A stretch of 63,249 nucleotides of DNA, counting the filler, from Octopus bimaculoides (Eukaryota): NCBI RefSeq assembly GCF_001194135.2. It is 6 parts of 5 records of this genome, joined end to end, with 100 filler letters (N's around TTAATTAATTAA, not from the genome) between each part and the next. Parts side by side here need not be neighbours in the genome. Positions count along the whole stretch, not along the records: positions 19,472 to 42,034 come from NC_068981.1; positions 42,135 to 48,159 come from NC_068997.1; positions 48,260 to 59,225 come from NC_068981.1; 3 more parts are not named here. One strand, written 5' to 3'. Numbering within the stretch: the stretch's first letter is position 1; each line of letters starts with the position of its first letter. The translations under genes and the position numbers were made by a program. This document shows positions 37,601 to 50,417 of the stretch, one piece after another. Below the pieces are notes generated by a model, which saw only the letters and a program-made list of their open reading frames with translations, did not search any database and had not been told where the DNA came from.

Positions 37601-39275
37601 TTTACTGTGTGTTTCCTTGCTTGTACCCATCTTTTTCTACTCTTAAAACTACAAAATGTGTCGTTTACTCTCGTCTTTTCGCATTAAATGCATATTGAAT
37701 ACGTAAAACTACAAAATATAGGTTTACTCGTTTTATTTTTAAAGTCATTTTTCGCATATTAAATGCTTAAAACACGTGCTATCGTCGCAATGTTTACATT
37801 ATTGTTTTAACGTCTTACGATTGCAGTCACGCACAAAATGATAGCTTGCAAATCTTGTTTTCTGGCTGGGTAAAAATGATCAAACTTTAAACCTCTCTAA
37901 CTTTTTATTTTTATTTTTTGGAACAAGTGAATTAGGCCCTGAGATTCAGAGTGAAAAATTACATCATTAAACCAAATTTGAAAATTTTCACTGAATTTTA
38001 AAATTTCAAAAAGTGTCAGTCAAACAGAAAGGATCCCTTCGCATTTCTACAAAACCACGGAAAATTCGATAATATTATATGATGGGTGCTTTCCTCAAAT
38101 TTGGCTGAGTGAATCTTCGTTCACCTGCATATTTTTTAGAAGTCATCTATCACGTATAGGCAGACTAATAGCCCAATCTACGTGAAAAGTCGACGAAAGC
38201 TATATAAGTCCTATACACATTAGATGAAATTCAATATCATTACATTGACGGGAAATCAGCGAGTATTAAACGTAAGTTTAAAGGTCAGTTTCCAGAAACT
38301 TTCTCTATCGAGAACGTAATCTGTTGATCGAGCAGTTATTTAAGAGACAGTTTGCATCGAATAATCAGATACACTTCAGTAACACTGATAGAGCAAGTTG
38401 TTGTCTCACGACATTCCAGGTCACAGGGATATCTCTAGTCATGTGTTTGTATGTCTTATTGTCTAATTTTTTTCATTTTTTTTTTCTTTTTTATTATAGC
38501 CAATCCTTCTGTCTACCTGACTAGCGTCTATTTGGGAGACGTAGTTCTCAGACTGCCACACTCAACATTTTTTTTTTTAACTTCGATCATCTGATTTAGG
38601 GTGGCAATGGTGGCGGTGGTGGTGGTGGTGCTGTTGGTGGTGGAACTGCTACTGCTGCTGCTGTGATTGAATTAATAAGCAAGGTAGGGGAGGTGGATGT
38701 GCGTCATGTTTACCCCCAAAGCCTACCAATCTGCATACAAACACTTAAGTACCGTCAATTTTGATTTTATTCGTATTATGATTTTTCTTATTCAGTTTTT
38801 GCTATTTCTCTGTTCCTCACACACACACATAGATACATGCACGCATATATATCTAGATACATGCATGCATATATACACAAACACACGCGTGGGTGCGTAC
38901 GCACGCACCCATTATATATAATTCAGGTCAGTCTGTATCGTAATGGTCCACAAATGAATAAATAAAAGCTGAAAGGTCTTCCCTCTCTCCAGTAAATGTA
39001 ATGGCAGTTCACATGAAGAGGAATTTGTCCAATTCAGCGCTAATGGTCCAGATAATAGTGTGCATTGAATTGCCAAAACGAATTTGGCAGTTCTATAGTA
39101 ATTTTTTCTTACTGACTCGTCAAAATTGAAACTTGATGGTATAAGCTGTTTGAACAGTCTTGCCGACCTCGATCTAATAAGGCCTGCAGGAGTTGTTGCA
39201 CGCAGTGGTTGTAACAGCGTGTTAAATGTTTGCATTATATCGTCAAGTTGAATGAAACATAATCAGTCAATAAAA

Positions 39276-39356
<81 letters not shown>

Positions 39357-39749
39357 TGCAGAGTCTGCTAACGTCTGTGTGTATGTATTTGTATATCTGA
39401 TTTTTTTTTTTTCCATGGGTGTAATGTTATGAATAAAAAATTAATTTTAATTCTCGTGGGAAGTTGAAAGAGGAAAAAAAAAAAGCTTTATATAAACCAC
39501 AGTAATTGCTGATAAAAAAAAACTAGATGAATGAATGGTTGTCTACTGGTTTACTGACTCACTCACTCACTGAATGAATTGAATGAATGAAATGAATGGA
39601 TAAAAGCTGAGTATATGATCTTTCTTTTCAAGTAATGCAATGGTTGCTATTCTAGTTGTCGTTTAGCTGCAACTCAACCGTGAATCAGCGAATCTACAAT
39701 CAATAGCTTTCCACAAATGATTACCCTAGCTTTTTAGAGATATATCTGG

Positions 39750-40300
39750 CACTGGCACTCCATCGGTTACAACGATGAGGGTTCCAATTGATACAATCAA
39801 CGGAAAAGCCCGATCGTGAAATTAACGTGCAAATGGTTAAAGCATTCCACAGACGTATCATGAAAATTGTTCGAAAACAATTGTTCGAAATCAATTATCC
39901 GAAAAACAGTTATTCGAAATAAATATATACATCTTGATATTTAATTTTTATCATTTTTGTTTAAATAGAATAAAAAAATTTGAATAATTAACATTTCGTA
40001 TAATTGTCCTTTAGAATAATTTTCATTCATACNNNNNNNNNNGTTTTTCGAACAATGTTCACATAATCCTCCACAGACACGCGCGCCCTTAACATAGTTC
40101 TCGGGGAGATTCAGCATGACAAGGAATGAGACAAGGCCGGCCCTTTTAATCATTGGTACAACTCGTTTTTTTCCAGATAAATGGACGAGAGCATCGTGAA
40201 AAGTGGCTTGCTCAAGGGCACAACGCACCACCGGGGATCGAACTCCTGACTTTGCAATCACGAGCCGATTACTCTAGCCACTAAGCCACGCACCTCCACA
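39750..40300 (-). mobile_element. SINE family A-related pieces either side of a small gap
   Basis: GGCACTCCATCGGTTACAACGATGAGGGTTCCA...; head ...GGGATCGAACTC...CCACTAAGCCACGCACCTCCAC. Confidence 0.7.
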
Positions 40301-40545
40301 GATATATCTACCATTACATTATCTATTGTAGTCTTCCTTAATTCAATCAATGACGTTTCACTGAGGGAAATTTGGCTGTTGTTTCTAGCAGGTCGAGCAT
40401 GAAAGTATAGGCTGTTTGAATGAAAGCTCAATAGTCAAATTAGTCGGCAAAGACCGGGTAATGACTTGACTTACATGCCGTGGAACTACAGCAGTTCAAC
40501 GTACTGGTTTGTATTAGTCATCAAAGATTTACTATTCATCTAAGG

Positions 40546-40600
40546 CAGGGGTTCCCAACCTTATTTTGCTTGAGGACCCCCTGAGAGCTAACTTATCATC
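40546..40600 (+). mobile_element. hAT-type left terminus
   Basis: CAGGGGTTCCCAACC preceded by ATCTAAGG. No matching right end found nearby. Confidence 0.45.
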
Positions 40601-40694
40601 TGTAAACCCCATATATGCACATGTAAATTTTTGAAATAAAATATTTACATGTAGGTTAGTAAAAACTAACACTGAAACAATTTCGTTATATTAC

Positions 40695-40865
40695 TCTTTT
40701 ACCCTTTTACTTGTTTCAGTCATTTGACTGCAGCCATGCTGGAGTACCGCCTTTTAATCGAGCAAATCGACCCCAGGACTTATTCTTTGGAAGCCTAGTA
40801 CTTATTCTATCGGTCTCTTTTGCCGAACCGCTAAGTCACGGGGACGTAAACACACCAGCATCGCT
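40695..40865 (-). mobile_element. SINE family C, 3' part
   Basis: TTTTACTTGTTTCAGTCATTTGACTGCAGCCATGCTGGAG...GAACCGCTAAGTCACGGGGACGTAAACACACCAGCATCG. Confidence 0.8.
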
Positions 40866-41809
40866 CGGAGAGGTATCCTTTGATGCATGCATGTTTGATG
40901 CGGGAAAGGTGAACATTGGTAAATTAGGGTTTGGACATTATTGGCCGGGGCCTTTTCTAATTTAATACAAAATGGGAGGAGGAGTAGTCTTTAAACCCTT
41001 TAGCATTTAAACAGGTCATATCCGTCCAGCCTACATATTCTACCTGGTCGTGTCTAGTTTCTCACACCTATAATGCAATGTCTTGTAAAAACGAATCACA
41101 TGATGAAAATCTCAAGGCTTCCAGATAATGCAGGATTCATTCAAAACAACTTGACTGAGTTATTTGAATGCTAAATGGTTAAGTCATGTTTTGGGATATA
41201 ATTCTCTCAAGCAGGGAGTAGTTGTTTGACGAAATGTATCCTGGTGTTGAGGGTTTGTTTGATTCTTTTTTTTTTTTTTTTGAGTGAATTTGTCTAATTA
41301 CCGTTCGAATATTATGGTGGGTGGATGGGTCATTTTCTTCTTCGATTTCTTTGAATATAGCAGTATCAGTTGAAGTAAAATGAGAAAGCTGTGTCACAAT
41401 GTTGTTATTTGGCATGTGTTCGGATTTTGTATGAGGGAGCGTCCAGTTCGGAAGCCAAGCCTTGTGCTTTTGTCTACTTGACACGTCGTTTGGCATTGTA
41501 GCACCATGCTTCCACACTAAAGACTTCATTGACAATTTTTTACTGTGTGCGTGTTTGTTTGCAGGGATTTGTTTATGTTTATTTAAACTGAGTGGAAGTA
41601 ACAGTGGTTTTAAAACGATAGCTAGCAATTTTCTGCGTTGTTGCAGAAATTACTTGCTTTTTGTCTATTTACTTTATGTGGTGAGGAAGGGGGACGAAAC
41701 GATGAACATGTAATTATTTATTACATCTTTGAATAATGAAATTTGCTGCTGCAATAAACTATACTTCTCGCGTGTTCAGACGGCAGCAGAACTGGATATT
41801 GATAGTTAT

Positions 41810-42034
41810 TGCCAAGCCAACATGGCAGTCCAACAGATAGGACGAATGCTGCCGTTGATTAGCTCCAAGAGGCCATCGCCTCTAGCTAGCTATGTGACGC
41901 ACGAATCTGTGTCCATTATAACCTTCGAACAGGGGAGGTCAGCAGTGTCCCCTTCCCCTTGCTGGGTTCGGCTGCTCTACATTGATAAGAGGCAATACTA
42001 GTTTCGAGCGGCTGACTGCCATGTTGGCTTGGCA
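41810..42034. mobile_element. MITE-like element with perfect 21-bp inverted repeats
   Basis: TGCCAAGCCAACATGGCAGTC (41810-30) and its exact reverse complement (42014-34). Right flank is in a gap. Confidence 0.7.
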
Positions 42035-43778
42035 NNNNNNNNNNNNNNNNNNNNNNNNNNNNNNNNNNNNNNNNNNNNTTAATTAATTAANNNNNNNNNN
42101 NNNNNNNNNNNNNNNNNNNNNNNNNNNNNNNNNNGTATAGAGGAATATATTATTTTATTTAAAAGAGTTCCAGCTCTGTCTGTTTTTTATGTTTTATTTA
42201 TATTCTTGTGAAATTAATGTGGGATATAGAATATGGAATATATAATATATAATATAAAAATGGATGGTACAATGAAATGAAGTATTGAATCTCTTATTGA
42301 ATATATGGAATATGTCTTATTGAATATATGAAATATTGAGTGTTCAATAGAAAGGATTAAATATATAAAGGCGAATACGTATTTTCAATACCTTGTGATA
42401 TTTCATCATGGTCGGTATCTGACAGACTATATACACACACACACGTGTGTGTCTTTCCTTTCCCGAGCGTCCAGTAACACAATCTGTATCACGTCCTCAC
42501 GTTGTTGTTTTTTGTTGTTGTTTTTTTGTCTTTTTCCTTTTTTGAACTATATATATATATACATATACACACACGCGTGTGTGTGTCTTTAAGAAAATAG
42601 CATTCAGGTTAACAACTTACTGCTTACATATCTCAATCAATAAGAGGATCAATTTATGGACTTTAGTGATGACCTTGTCGGAAATATCGACACGTCATGA
42701 GAAGATTTTCAATATATTGAAACGTAATGAGTCTAATTTTTAAACTCGTCCCGGTTTTGTGGGTTTTGCTGTTATTTAGACTGGGAGCAGCTGCAATCCA
42801 TTCCAAAGATCAAGATAGACAGAGATCTTTCTTGCTGATGCTCTGTGCTCTACATGGACTTAGGAAGAAAAAGGTGTGGTTTGAGGAAGATTTGAGGGTT
42901 ATCTCCAACTCAGTGAGTGACATGTAAAATTTCTCTCGTTGGTTTGTGGAGTTTGATTTTTCTTGTTTCCGTTGATAAAAGGGTTGGAAATCTACTGTTT
43001 CCGGTGAAGTAGCAGGTCTTTCTTCTTTTAGAGTTGCATTATATATGTAAACATGCTTTCACGTTTTATGCCATTATGGATAATTTATATCACGGGTAAA
43101 AAACCAAAAAATTGAAGGAGGGGGTTAGCCTGTTAAATTAACCATTGTACTTGATTTCTGAAGAATGAAAATAAAATTGAGTTCAGTGAGTTTGAACTCT
43201 GAACGTAAATTGCTCGTAACAAATCCCGCAAGGGTAGGACGATTTTTGTCTACCTTCGATATATATTGTGCTTTTAAACGCAGCACGCCCATAAGAGATG
43301 CTATCATTGGATGAATATCGCAGTAAATCTGCTTTTAGCGAAATATTTACATTAAGTATGATATATAGATCTCTATTTTAATCTCATACTATTTCTGCTG
43401 CATATAACAGATTTTTATTCAGCAAGACGGCTGTTCGCAACACCAGTTATTGTCCATTCTTTGGTTGGCTGAGATTACGTGTTACTGACAATACCTAACA
43501 AAGCAGAAATGCGCATCTAGTATTCTCACCAATCGCTGCTAGGATGATTTTCCTCTGCCTCTGATACATACTGTGTTTCTAAATACGACACGTCCATAAA
43601 AATCTATTTCCAGATTTACTGCAGTGAATTTGTGGTTCACAATGTGTTTACAGTATGATACACAGATGGCTGTTTTTATCTAATACTGCTTCTGTTGCAC
43701 GTAGCAGATTATCAAGTGGTATGGACACACGCAAAGACACGCACACGTACACGCGCACGTACAGGCACACGTACAGGC

Positions 43779-43830
<52 letters not shown>

Positions 43831-45629
43831 NNNNNNNNNNNNNNNNNNNNNNNNNNNNNNNNNNNNNNNNNNNNNNNNNNNNNNNNNNNNNNNNNNNNNN
43901 NNNNNNNNNNNNNNNNNNNNNNNNNNNNNNNNNNNNNNNNNNNNNNNNNNNNNNNNNNNNNNNNNNNNNNNNNNNNNNNNNNNNNNNNNNNNNNNNNNNN
44001 NNNNNNNNNNNNNNNNNNNNNNNNNNNNNNNNNNNNNNNNNNNNNNNNNNNNNNNNNNNNNNNNNNNNNNNNNNNNNNNNNNNNNNNNNNNNNNNNNNNN
44101 NNNNNNNNNNNNNNNNNNNNNNNNNNNNNNNNNNNNNNNNNNNNNNNNNNNNNNNNNNNNNNNNNNNNNNNNNNNNNNNNNNNNNNNNNNNNNNNNNNNN
44201 NNNNNNNNNNNNNNNNNNNNNNNNNNNNNNNNNNNNNNNNNNNNNNNNNNNNNNNNNNNNNNNNNNNNNNNNNNNNNNNNNNNNNNNNNNNNNNNNNNNN
44301 NNNNNNNNNNNNNNNNNNNNNNNNNNNNNNNNNNNNNNNNNNNNNNNNNNNNNNNNNNNNNNNNNNNNNNNNNNNNNNNNNNNNNNNNNNNNNNNNNNNN
44401 GCACTGTTATGCCCCAAGAGATATCTCGGTACATCGCAGTTTTTTTTAAATATTAAAATTTAATTCTTTTGGAAAATCTATACTCATGACCGAACATCTT
44501 GAAAAACATGTTAGTCATAATTTTGCTGCATAATGTTTTTAAAAAGTATTAATAAAAAGACGTAAGCAAAGATTTCTACATTTTTTTCCTTCAATTTTTT
44601 AACTTAAAAGCATATTTTTAAAACAACCTCCATGTGAAATACGTCAGTAATTTTTTTGTTAGATTTTCAGTGCGTCACGAAATCAAAAAGATTGAGAAGC
44701 AAAACGGTAAACAGTTCTTTAAAAGTTGTTTTCAATTTCTAGTTTAAAATTTTACCATTTAGTTGCTGTCGCAAAGTAAATTCAGTACCAAATTTTATTA
44801 AGTTGTCTATGGTTTAGGTTAAGTTAAAGTCAGTCACTAGCCTACGCGTCCATTATCCTGGTCTCTGTGGCGTTTAAGTGAACTGGACTACAAGATTTAC
44901 CCTTGAACGGGAGGTCAGTCTGTCGCAAGGTTAACTCCGCAGCTGTCACTGCTGCTCATTTTTATCCGAGTTAACTGGAGAAAAGTCAAATGATGTTCTT
45001 GCTCAAGAAGACAACGCGCTGCACTGTCTGAGAATGGAAACCCTAACCTAACGATCGGATGTTTGACACCCAAGCCACTACACAACGCACCTTCATGTTT
45101 AAGATAAAGAACGGGTGAAACAGTAACAGTAGTATATGAGACGCTACGGCACCACCGGTTCGATGCTGACTTGTTTGACATTAGACCTTTTAATGTTTCT
45201 CTCTTTCTTTCTCTCCTTCTCGCCCCTTTCTGTTCATATTTCTCTTTAAGTGTATGAGGAGAGAGAAAGTGTTTATACCAATTGTGTTTAATCAATAAAC
45301 TATAATATTTCTCTCCTTCTCCGTCTCCCTCTCCCTCTCGATTTGTGTATATGCATATTTCTGCGCGCGCAATTGTGTATGCTTGTGTTTGTCTCCGTTG
45401 CCAAAAAGTACGATCGCCAAAGCAGATTGACTGCCCAGTCGGCCGTGCCAAATCGTCTGCGTCCAAACAGCTGCGCCCAGCCTTCTCATTCCGGCAACAA
45501 GAGAACGTAGCAACGAAATATGATTACAAACTGAAATCCAGGTCAGTAGAATTGATTGATCGATCAATGTGTTGTGAACATTATTAGCGGCTTCTATATA
45601 ATCTCTACCTGATTGTAATATTAACTAAA

Positions 45630-45840
45630 TCTAGCAGGCAGAATCGTTAGCACGCCGGGCAAAATCCTTAGCAGCATTTCCTTCATCATTACGTTCTGAG
45701 TTCAAATTCTGTCACGGTCAACATTGCATTTCATCCTTTCGTGGTCGATAAAATAATTGCCAGTTGAGTACTGGGGTCCACGTAATCGCCTATCCTCTTC
45801 CCGGAATTGCTGGTCTTGTGCCAAAATTTGAAACCAACAT
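45630..45840 (+). mobile_element. SINE family B
   Basis: GGCAGAATCGTTAGCACGCCGGGCAAAATCCTTAGC...GGTCTTGTGCCAAAATTTGAAACC. Confidence 0.85.
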
Positions 45841-46499
45841 TAACCAAATCTCCCTCAAATTACATAAAATCTTCAAAAAGGGACCCAATGGATAGCATAC
45901 ATAGCTCGAGACATTTAATGTGTCCAACACGCTCAAGCCCCACCCCATACTAACCACTATCCCTAGTCTTTATACGAAGTCCTTATATGAAGAATGAACG
46001 TAATTCGATGAAACAAAAGATACGTTAACCATACATGTCTCCTCAATAAGTTGCTCATTGATTTTTGCATCTACCCTGTTCCAAAGTTTACACATCACAT
46101 TAGCTACATCAATGCTAATGCCATAATCCCATAAATATTTTAACTATATTTCAGATATAATTCTCAACACTATCATATGATATTTATCTGTCATTTTAAA
46201 TTTAATATTTTATTAATATTATTATAGTAGCATTCTTGTCTTTTAAGTCTCATGCTAAGTCGCCATACAGATAATGGCTCCTATTCATTTAATGAAAAGT
46301 GAGGATAAAAAAAAAAGAAAAAGAAAACGGACAGATTCCGTAAATACTGAAACTGTAGGAAAACGTGTCTTTCAGAGAATTGACTACAAAAAATTCAACG
46401 ACGTTAAACGAGATTTAGTGTATCAGCCTTTTCTTTCTTCCTTCCTTTATTTTTTTCTTACTTACTTTCTTTCTTTCTTTCTTTCAGTCGTTTGAGCGT

Positions 46500-47110
46500 C
46501 GCTCAAAATGCCCATCAGTTCTTTATATTCTGTGTTGAAATCTCGCGAAGGTCAGCTCTGTCTTCCATCCTTTCGGGGTTGATGAAATAAGGTATCAGCC
46601 AAATAAGTACCAGGATCGATTTAACTGACTCATCCCTCTCCCAAATTTTCTGGCCTGTATATCCCTTCATATCACACCACGTCACATCATACTATACTAT
46701 TCTAAATTATAATTGGTCCTCTGTCGGTTACGACGACGAGTGTTCCAGTTGATTCAATCAACAGAACAGCCTGTTCTTGAAATTAACGGGTAAGTAGCTG
46801 AGCACTCCACAGACACACGTACCCTTAATGTAGCTCTCAGGGAGATCCGGCGTGACACAGAATGGGACAAGGCTGGCCCTTTGAATTACATCTAAACTTA
46901 TTTTCGCAAGCTGAGTGGACTGGATCAACGTGAAATAAGCTGCCTTGCCACGACACAACGCCACGTCATATTAGTTACAAATTTTGGCACAAGGCCAGCA
47001 AGTTTAGTGGAGGAAGTCGATTACATCGACCCCAGTGTTTAACTGGTACTTAATTTACGACCCCGAAAGGATGAAGGGCAAAGTCGACTTCGGTGGAATT
47101 TGAACTCAGA
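46500..47110. mobile_element. Adjacent SINEs: family B (+, 46500-46660), family A (-, 46720-46965), family B (-, 46975-47110)
   Basis: Direct similarity to other copies in the window. Confidence 0.75.
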
Positions 47111-47744
47111 ATATAAAGATGGGCATATTCTCCGGTTAGGCATATTCCCCGGAGCAGTAATGATTCAGCCTGTTTGCCAGCTTAGCCCTGACAATATTAA
47201 TAAGAACAGCAACGATACCAACCGGAAGCACTCTTATCTCATTTTGCAATGGCACAGATCCACACAGAGTTCATTTAAAAATAAATATTTAACATAGCGA
47301 AATATATTTAGTAAACGTGACACAAACGTTTAAAAAGTTTTCCAACGCAACAATAATGGCATTAAAAACACCTGTATAGAATTATTTATCTACCATCACT
47401 CACGACCTTCACCTACTATAGTAATGTTCTTGTATGTTTCTCCGTCACAACATATGAATGAGAAAGGAAGGGGTGATAGATGAATAAGGAGGGAAGGGAT
47501 GATAGCAAACTTGGTAGTGGGATGATGAAATACTACGGTGAAAAAATCAAACAACGTTTCAACTGTGTGAGTATATGTGTATGTGTGTGCGTGTACAAGG
47601 GAAGTATGTAAATGTCTGTGTGTGAACCAGCATTCTTTCAGTAACAAACGATGATCGATGTCACATCTCAAAAGACAAACCACTAGATAGCATTGACAAG
47701 TGTATTAATTTGAATTATCATCAATATTCTATCTTTTGGCCTTA

Positions 47745-47800
47745 TCTATATATAAAATATTAGAATTAGCCGTCATTTTTGACGGCACGGGGCTAGCTAG
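47745..47800 (+). mobile_element. Minimal 56-bp Helitron-like element
   Basis: A|TCTATATATAAAA ... hairpin GCCGTCA-TTTT-TGACGGC ... CTAG|T. Confidence 0.55.
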
Positions 47801-48089
47801 TGTATCAATAATTCAAGAAACAGTCTTGATGAAGGAACCCTGGACACACAGCATTCCGAATTATATTCAAATCACAAAGAAAAATCGTTATATGGTGGGA
47901 GTGGTCTTACAACATACAGAAATAGTTGCATTCAGTATAGCTATCGTAAACGATATTCGTAAAACAATAGGGAAATACAGGTTGTCAAAATTTTAAAAGA
48001 TCCATATAAAAGTACACTAATACACTTCCGCACACATCCTCTTTCTCTCTCTCATATATATGATACATATACAAATAAAAAATATATAA

Positions 48090-48159
<70 letters not shown>

Positions 48160-48260
48160 NNNNNNNNNNNNNNNNNNNNNNNNNNNNNNNNNNNNNNNNN
48201 NNNTTAATTAATTAANNNNNNNNNNNNNNNNNNNNNNNNNNNNNNNNNNNNNNNNNNNNT

Positions 48261-48406
48261 AGGGTGTGTAAAGAGGGAAAGAACCCACATGTGCAATTTT
48301 GATGAAATTCGAATCATATCTATTCCAGTTCCTTACAGGAAATATAAGAGAAAAGTCTCATCCTTCAATTGCATGTAACACGGGCAACGCCGGGTATCTC
48401 TGCTAG
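48261..48406 (+). mobile_element. Helitron-like 3' end
   Basis: GC-rich imperfect hairpin CACGGGCAACGCCGGGT, then about 10 nt, then CTAG|T. 5' part lost at a gap. Confidence 0.55.
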
Positions 48407-50417
48407 TTTTATATAAAGCAAAGATTAACTGAGATGACAAGTGCTTTTAGAATTCACAAGTTCATGTTTTTTTCTGTTTGTTGGTGGTGTTGCTGGTGGT
48501 GGTGGTGCTGGTGGTGGTGGTGCTGGTGGTGGTGGTGCTGGTGTGTGTGTATAGAAACATACTAAAAAAATTATATTGAGAGTAGTTAATATCTTAGTCA
48601 ATTTTATTACTTTCTATCATCGTGTCACCGTAACACAATAAAGACAACAGCATCTACGAGTCCTCTAAGTATATGAATGTTTTGATTTTTTAATATATCT
48701 TCGACGTGTTGTAAATGTTACAAGGATGTTGACTGTATTTCTTAGAATATGAAATAAGTTCCAGGGTGATTGACCGGAGTAGATACTTTCTTTATTTAGC
48801 TCTTTTTTTTTTCTGGAAAACAAAATTAGCTGTAGTTAGACCTGGAAAATTGAGAACTGTGTGATTAACAGGAATTTCGATTACAATTTCTGATCAGCAG
48901 AGAACCTTGAAGATTGCTGTAGAGAAAGTAAATCATACGTTCCATAAACATTTTGGTGGATGTGTACATCAGATATCTATCTCAGAAACTATTTTATTAA
49001 GAGAAAAATGTTTTTCAAGTTATTTCTTTACGAAAAGGAAGCTGTTGAAACTCAATGTACAAATATATTTCTGTTGACAGGACTGATGAATTCTGGCTTA
49101 CGAAATAGGACACCATAAAGCTAAATGCTTACTCAAACATTACTTTGTTTCCAATCAGACATAAATGGTTTCTTTTGTTCAAGATATGTCATTTTCGACT
49201 AACTTTTCTTGATTTTGTTATGATCATCAATTTTGTTTCAAGACTGTAAGTCACGGAAGATATTTGAAAATTTAATGTATCTTTTCTGATAACCAAACTA
49301 TTTTTAAAAATCTAATCGAATTTTATATACTTAAATCTATAGTAAACAAAGCTACACACATTCCATGGTTAATTTTCACTATCATAAAATGGTAACAATC
49401 CCATGTACTATGATTAAAAAGGTCTTAGAAAAATACAAATCGAACTTTTCTACTTCTAATAATTAATGTATCCGGATATATTAATGGGGAAAAATCTTAA
49501 AGAAAACCATCTGTAATTTACAATTTCTGGAAGGGTGTGCCAAGTGAAATAAATATTAGAGAAGCTTTGCCCCGCGTAGAAACTGCGGGAGTTACTTTAA
49601 GGAATTGCAAACTCTTTTCTCCTGATGATGACAAAAGTTATCGCAATTGTGGAAACTCGAGAGGATGAAACAGAGGATGTGAACTCGGAGCTCCGAGATC
49701 TGGAACGAATGTCCCTAAACATTCTATACAACGCTTTAATAACTTAATGCCAATTTGCTGTTTTGTCTAATGATTACTTACTGTTCCAGTGCTCTAACGT
49801 AGTCTTATTCTTTTATTGTAATTTCAGATGCATCAAGATAGCTGTATAGCTGTTTTAGCTCGAGTTCAGAACTCGTACTTTATCTTATCGAGCTCGAAAG
49901 GTTGAAAGGCAAAATTAACCACAGCGTGATTTGAACTCAGAACTTATGAGTCTGTAACTAAATATCACAAAATACTTTATTCGACGTTCGTTAACTGTTG
50001 TATGTAATTTAATTAAACTCGAGAGAATGGCTGAAGTGAGAGTTTGATACTGTAGGCTGGCTGAGTGCCAAATCCATTCCTGTCTATTATGTGATATTAT
50101 TCTAGCTACGTCGACACGCTCTATTTAACATGTTCTATCAATTCAAAAGCTTTAAGCCAGCGAGGGATCATCTACCTTACACAAGCTCCCACAAATAGCA
50201 GCCAGATCCCTATGAAATCACATTTTACATCTTAACAAAGAGGACACATTGGACATTGTACTTCTTAAAATAAATTAAAAGGACATGGCTGGAACGCTTT
50301 TAACCATTGTTTTGTTCGATCATGTCTAGCCTCAGATTAAACAACAGCAAATCAAATATCAATGATCATGATACCTGTCGAATTTAAAGTTTCAAGTTTT
50401 CAGTTAACATCAGTGTT

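Noticed and set aside
49080-49660. CTGATGA-containing hammerhead candidates at about 49083 and 49622
   Set aside because: No correctly placed stem II followed by GAAA, and no stem I or III pairing.
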